DNA of 64,000 nucleotides from Dehalococcoidia bacterium (GTDB lineage: Bacteria; Chloroflexota; Dehalococcoidia; Bin125). The position numbers and the translations under genes are program-made. The DNA lies in assembly GCA_963663235.2 (NCBI GenBank), contig CAXXNO010000012.1, forward strand, positions 96,001 to 160,000. The letters are read 5' to 3'. The notes under the pieces were generated by a model, which was not told where the DNA came from, did no database searches, and saw nothing but the letters and a program-made list of their open reading frames with translations. Below are positions 60,621 to 64,000 of this stretch, piece by piece (position 1 is the first letter of the stretch; the number at the start of each line of letters is the position of its first letter).

Positions 60621-61702
60621 GCGCCGTGCAGGGGCGGCTCACCGTGGGCGTGGTGTTTGGCGGTCCCTCGACCGAGCACACGGTGTCGGTGCGGTCCGCG
60701 CGGACCGTGCTAGCCGCAATGGACCGTGAGCGGTTCCAACCGCTGCCCTTCGGCGTCACGCCCGACGGGGTCTGGCTGCGGCCCGCGGAGAGCGAAAGCG
60801 CGCTGGCCGCGATGGCCGCCGGCGCGCCCGAGATCGTGAGCGGCGCCGGCGGACGCGGGGTCTTGGCCCGGCCGCAGGCCCTGGAAGCGCTGGCGGAGTG
60901 CGACATTGTTTTCCCCGTGATCCACGGGCGCGGCGGCGAAGACGGGAGGATCCAGGGGCTGCTGGAGCTGGCAGACCTGCCGTACGTCGGCGCGGGCGTG
61001 GCGGCATCGGCGATGGGGATGGACAAGGCGCTGATGAAGAGCCGTTTCCGGGAGGCCGGCCTGTCAACGCCGCCCTACCGCGTGGTGAGCGCGCAGACCT
61101 GGCGGCGGGATCCAGTGGCGGCCGCGCATGCCCTGGACGACCTGGACTACCCGCGGTTCGTCAAGCCGGCGCGAGGCGGGAGCAGCATCGCCACGCACAA
61201 GGTGCACTCGAACGGGGAACTGGAAGCGGCGCTGCTGGATGCCTTCCGCATCGACAGTAAGGCGCTGGTGGAGCAGGCGATCGCGTGTCGGGAGATCGAG
61301 TGCGGGGTGTTGGGCAACGCCGAGCCGGCCGCGTCTCCGGTGGGCGAAGTCCGTTATCAGCGCGAGTTCTATGACTACGTGGCGAAGTACGAAGACAGCG
61401 GCACCGAGTTGATCGTACCCGCGGCGCTACCCGAGGACGTCAGCGAGCGGATCCAGTCCATGGCGCTGGCCGCGTATGGGGCGATCGACTGCGCGGGGAT
61501 GGCGCGCGTCGACTTCTACCTGGAGGAGAGCGGCACCGTCTGGGTCAGCGAGATCAACACGATTCCGGGATTCACCAGCGCCAGCATGTTCCCGCGGGCT
61601 TGGGAAGCCGGGGGGATCCCGAACCGCGACCTCGTGACGCGACTGCTGGACCTGGGACTGGAACGGCACCGAGAGCAGGAGCATCGTGGCACCTGGGCTT
61701 GA
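60617..61702 (+). CDS. ddl: D-alanine--D-alanine ligase
   Basis: FGGPSTEH.VS, HG..GEDG.IQG, MDK, FVKP..GGSS, YDY.AKY, EINTIPG. Confidence 0.95.
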   Translation: MSAVQGRLTVGVVFGGPSTEHTVSVRSARTVLAAMDRERFQPLPFGVTPDGVWLRPAESESALAAMAAGAPEIVSGAGGRGVLARPQALEALAECDIVFPVIHGRGGEDGRIQGLLELADLPYVGAGVAASAMGMDKALMKSRFREAGLSTPPYRVVSAQTWRRDPVAAAHALDDLDYPRFVKPARGGSSIATHKVHSNGELEAALLDAFRIDSKALVEQAIACREIECGVLGNAEPAASPVGEVRYQREFYDYVAKYEDSGTELIVPAALPEDVSERIQSMALAAYGAIDCAGMARVDFYLEESGTVWVSEINTIPGFTSASMFPRAWEAGGIPNRDLVTRLLDLGLERHREQEHRGTWA

Positions 61703-62510
61703 TTCGTTGCGCCGCGACTATGCGGACGAGAGCGCGTCGGGTGGTCGCGAGGGCCCACGGCGCTCGCGGCTGCGGCCCCGCTGGCGCACCGTCTTCGTCG
61801 CCGTGGTGGCCATCGCCTTGGTGGCGGGGGCCGTCGCCGTGCTGAACTCGCCGCTTCTCGAGATCCGTGGCATCTCCGTCAGCGGAACGCAGGAGCTGTC
61901 GCCGGAGACCGTGGCGCAGATCGCCGCATTGCGCGGGGACAACCTGCTCCTGGCCGACCTGGGCGCGGCGCGTGAGCGACTACTGGATCTGACGCTGGTG
62001 CGGGAAGCGTCGGTGGAGCGGAGCTGGCCCGACGGGATCCGGATTGTGGTGCGAGAGCGCACCCCGTGGGCCGGCTGGGAAGTGGAGGGCGAAGTGTTCG
62101 CGGTTGACGCAGAGGGCGTGGTGCTGGAAGGGCTGGCGGCGCCGACCGAGGGGCCGGTGGTCCGGCAGGTGTCATCGCTGCCGGTGGTGCAGAACGGTGC
62201 GACGATCGACCTGGACGCGCTGGCCACGATCCGTTGGATCGAGGAGGCCGGACCGCCCTCAGGTGGGCCCGCGATCCTGGTCTACGAATGGTCGCTGCGC
62301 TCCGGGCTCACCGTCGTGACCGCGCACGGGCGGGTGACCTTCGGCGGCAGCAACGGCCTGCCGTTCAAGTACCAGGTTTGGACGGAACTGGAGGCCGAAG
62401 CGCAGCGCCGAGGCGAACCGTTGCTGCTGGCCGACTTGCGCTTTGGCGCACGGCCAGCGGTGGAGATCGGGCTAGGGGTGGGACGAGCAGCCCACAACCC
62501 AGAAACGTAA
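61686..62510 (+). CDS. ftsQ: Cell division protein FtsQ/DivIB
   Basis: TM segment, POTRA domain (I.V.G...V..ASVERSWPD.IRI.V.ER.P), DLRF; between ddl and ftsA. Confidence 0.85.
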   Translation: MAPGLDSLRRDYADESASGGREGPRRSRLRPRWRTVFVAVVAIALVAGAVAVLNSPLLEIRGISVSGTQELSPETVAQIAALRGDNLLLADLGAARERLLDLTLVREASVERSWPDGIRIVVRERTPWAGWEVEGEVFAVDAEGVVLEGLAAPTEGPVVRQVSSLPVVQNGATIDLDALATIRWIEEAGPPSGGPAILVYEWSLRSGLTVVTAHGRVTFGGSNGLPFKYQVWTELEAEAQRRGEPLLLADLRFGARPAVEIGLGVGRAAHNPET

Positions 62511-62531
62511 CGAGCGGGGAGGATACGACAT

Positions 62532-63782
62532 ATGGCGAGAGACAATGCTTTCGCCGCCATCGACATTGGCAGCACGAAGATCGCCACTTTGGTAGGCAAC
62601 GTCAGCGAGCGCGGCCAGCTGCGCGTGGTGGGCGTGGGCGTGACGCCGTCCGCGGGCGTGGAGAAGGGGCAGATCAGCGACATTGCCAAGGCGGTCGAGG
62701 CCATCCGGAGCGCGGTCGAGAAGGCGGAACGGAGCAGCGGGACGCGCATCGTCTCGGCGGGGGTGGGGATCGCAGGAACGCACCTGTCGAGCTTCAACAA
62801 TCGCGGGATCGTGGCGATTCCAGACCAGAGCGGCGCGATCAGCGCGGACGACATGCACCGGGTGATCGACGCGGGGCGGAACGTGAGCCTGAAGACGAAC
62901 CGGGAGATGCTGCACGCTCTGCCGCGCTACTTCGTGGTCGATGGCCAGGATCAGGTGACTGATCCGGTGGGGATGCATGGGCAACGGCTGGACGTGGAGA
63001 TGCACATAGTCACCTGCGGCCTCAACGCGATGCAGAACCTCGTGAAGTGTGTCGAGAGTGCGGGGGTGCAGGTCGATGCGGTCATCGCTACCCCGGTAGC
63101 GAGCGCCGCGGTGACTCTGCGACCGGAAGAGATGCGCGAAGGGGTCGTGCTGGTGGATATCGGCGGCGGGACGACGGACATCGTCGTGTACCAGGACGGC
63201 GCGCTGCAGCACACCGCCAGCCTGCCCGTCGGCGGGCTGAACGTCACCCGGGATCTCGTGGTGGGGCTGCGCTGCCCCCAGAACGTGGCGGAGGAGGCGA
63301 AGGCGGCGCACGGGCACGCGCTGGCCTCGGAGGTGACAGGCGCGGAGGAGATCTCGCTCAGCACCTTCGGGCACGAATCGGAGCGGACCGTGCCGCGGCG
63401 GCTGCTGGCGGAGATCGTCCAGGCTCGGATCGAGGAGATCCTGTCGATGGTGATGGTTGAAGTGAAGCGCGGCGCTCATGCGGAGATGGCTTCCGCCGGA
63501 CTCGTGATCAGCGGGGGCTGCGCAGAGGTGGAAGGGATGGCCCGGCTGGCCGACCGCGTGGTGGGTTTGCCCGCCCGAATCGGACAAGTAGAGGAGGTCT
63601 ATGGCCTAGTGGACCACGTATCGGGGCCGGCCTATGCGGCGACGCTGGGACTCTTGCACTGGCTGGCGGAGGGACAAGTCCCACGCCGCCAGACGGTGCG
63701 GATGCGCGCCACGCCGACGCTGGGGGTCGGAGCCGTCGTGCGACGGATCGGCCAGGTGGGGAGGGTGTTTTTGCCGCAATAA
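62532..63782 (+). CDS. ftsA: Cell division protein FtsA
   Basis: AIDIGSTKI, VDIGGGTT, GG..VTRDL, AE..K, SGG. Confidence 0.95.
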   Translation: MARDNAFAAIDIGSTKIATLVGNVSERGQLRVVGVGVTPSAGVEKGQISDIAKAVEAIRSAVEKAERSSGTRIVSAGVGIAGTHLSSFNNRGIVAIPDQSGAISADDMHRVIDAGRNVSLKTNREMLHALPRYFVVDGQDQVTDPVGMHGQRLDVEMHIVTCGLNAMQNLVKCVESAGVQVDAVIATPVASAAVTLRPEEMREGVVLVDIGGGTTDIVVYQDGALQHTASLPVGGLNVTRDLVVGLRCPQNVAEEAKAAHGHALASEVTGAEEISLSTFGHESERTVPRRLLAEIVQARIEEILSMVMVEVKRGAHAEMASAGLVISGGCAEVEGMARLADRVVGLPARIGQVEEVYGLVDHVSGPAYAATLGLLHWLAEGQVPRRQTVRMRATPTLGVGAVVRRIGQVGRVFLPQ

Positions 63783-63790
63783 GTGTCGTC

Positions 63791-63819
63791 GGGGCCGCCT
63801 CGAGGAAGGGGGCGGCCTC
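63791..63819 (+). other. Intergenic GC hairpin between ftsA and ftsZ
   Basis: GGGGCCGCCTC-GAGGAAG-GGGGCGGCCTC, pairing with G-U; no U-tract. Confidence 0.45.
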
Positions 63820-63877
63820 GATTCGTGCCTGAGCTCTCGAGAGAGATGGTGGCGGGGGCAGAAGGGACGGACATGCG

Positions 63878-64000
63878 ATGACCTATGTAAACCCTGGGAA
63901 CGGCCTGCCTCCGATCAAAGTGGTTGGGGTAGGGGGCGCCGGCTGCAACGCCGTGAACCGGATGATCGAAGAGAAGATCAGCGGCGTGCACTTCTTGGCG
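63878..64000 (+). CDS. ftsZ: Cell division protein FtsZ (5' part, runs off the window)
   Basis: [41 protein letters not shown] directly after ftsA. Confidence 0.93.
   Translation, partial: MTYVNPGNGLPPIKVVGVGGAGCNAVNRMIEEKISGVHFLA

Overview
High-GC bacterial chromosomal segment that looks like Chloroflexota/Dehalococcoidia (inferred from gene repertoire and protein style, not from a search). It is mostly housekeeping: M28 peptidase and LysM lipoproteins, carboxyltransferase-acn-mdh-fumC, NUDIX-argA-nadK-tlyA-clpX-clpP-tig, an Opp/Dpp ABC transporter, aspS, three EamA paralogs, a triple-RidA protein, an LLM monooxygenase, hemW, qor, an HDAC-family deacetylase, selB, a CDGSH protein, secF/secD/yajC, a tRNA nucleotidyltransferase, def, priA, rplS, trmD, mog and a dcw cluster (mraZ to the start of ftsZ) without murE. 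The unusual signals are: (1) dense clusters of short palindromic repeats in which a ~23-bp module is nested inside copies of itself and of another repeat family, with one copy lying in frame inside hemW; (2) a ~360-nt ORF-poor, heavily base-paired region (10530-10890) that is a candidate ncRNA; (3) a phased array between rplS and trmD with two short conserved motifs at a fixed 42-bp spacing and variable intervening sequence; (4) LysM-like insertions in both SecD and OppC; (5) a SecF with a duplicated extracytoplasmic subdomain and a frameshift; (6) a small toxin-antitoxin pair bracketed by two decayed copies of the same gene 3' end. No CRISPR array, rRNA, tRNA or transposase was recognised.
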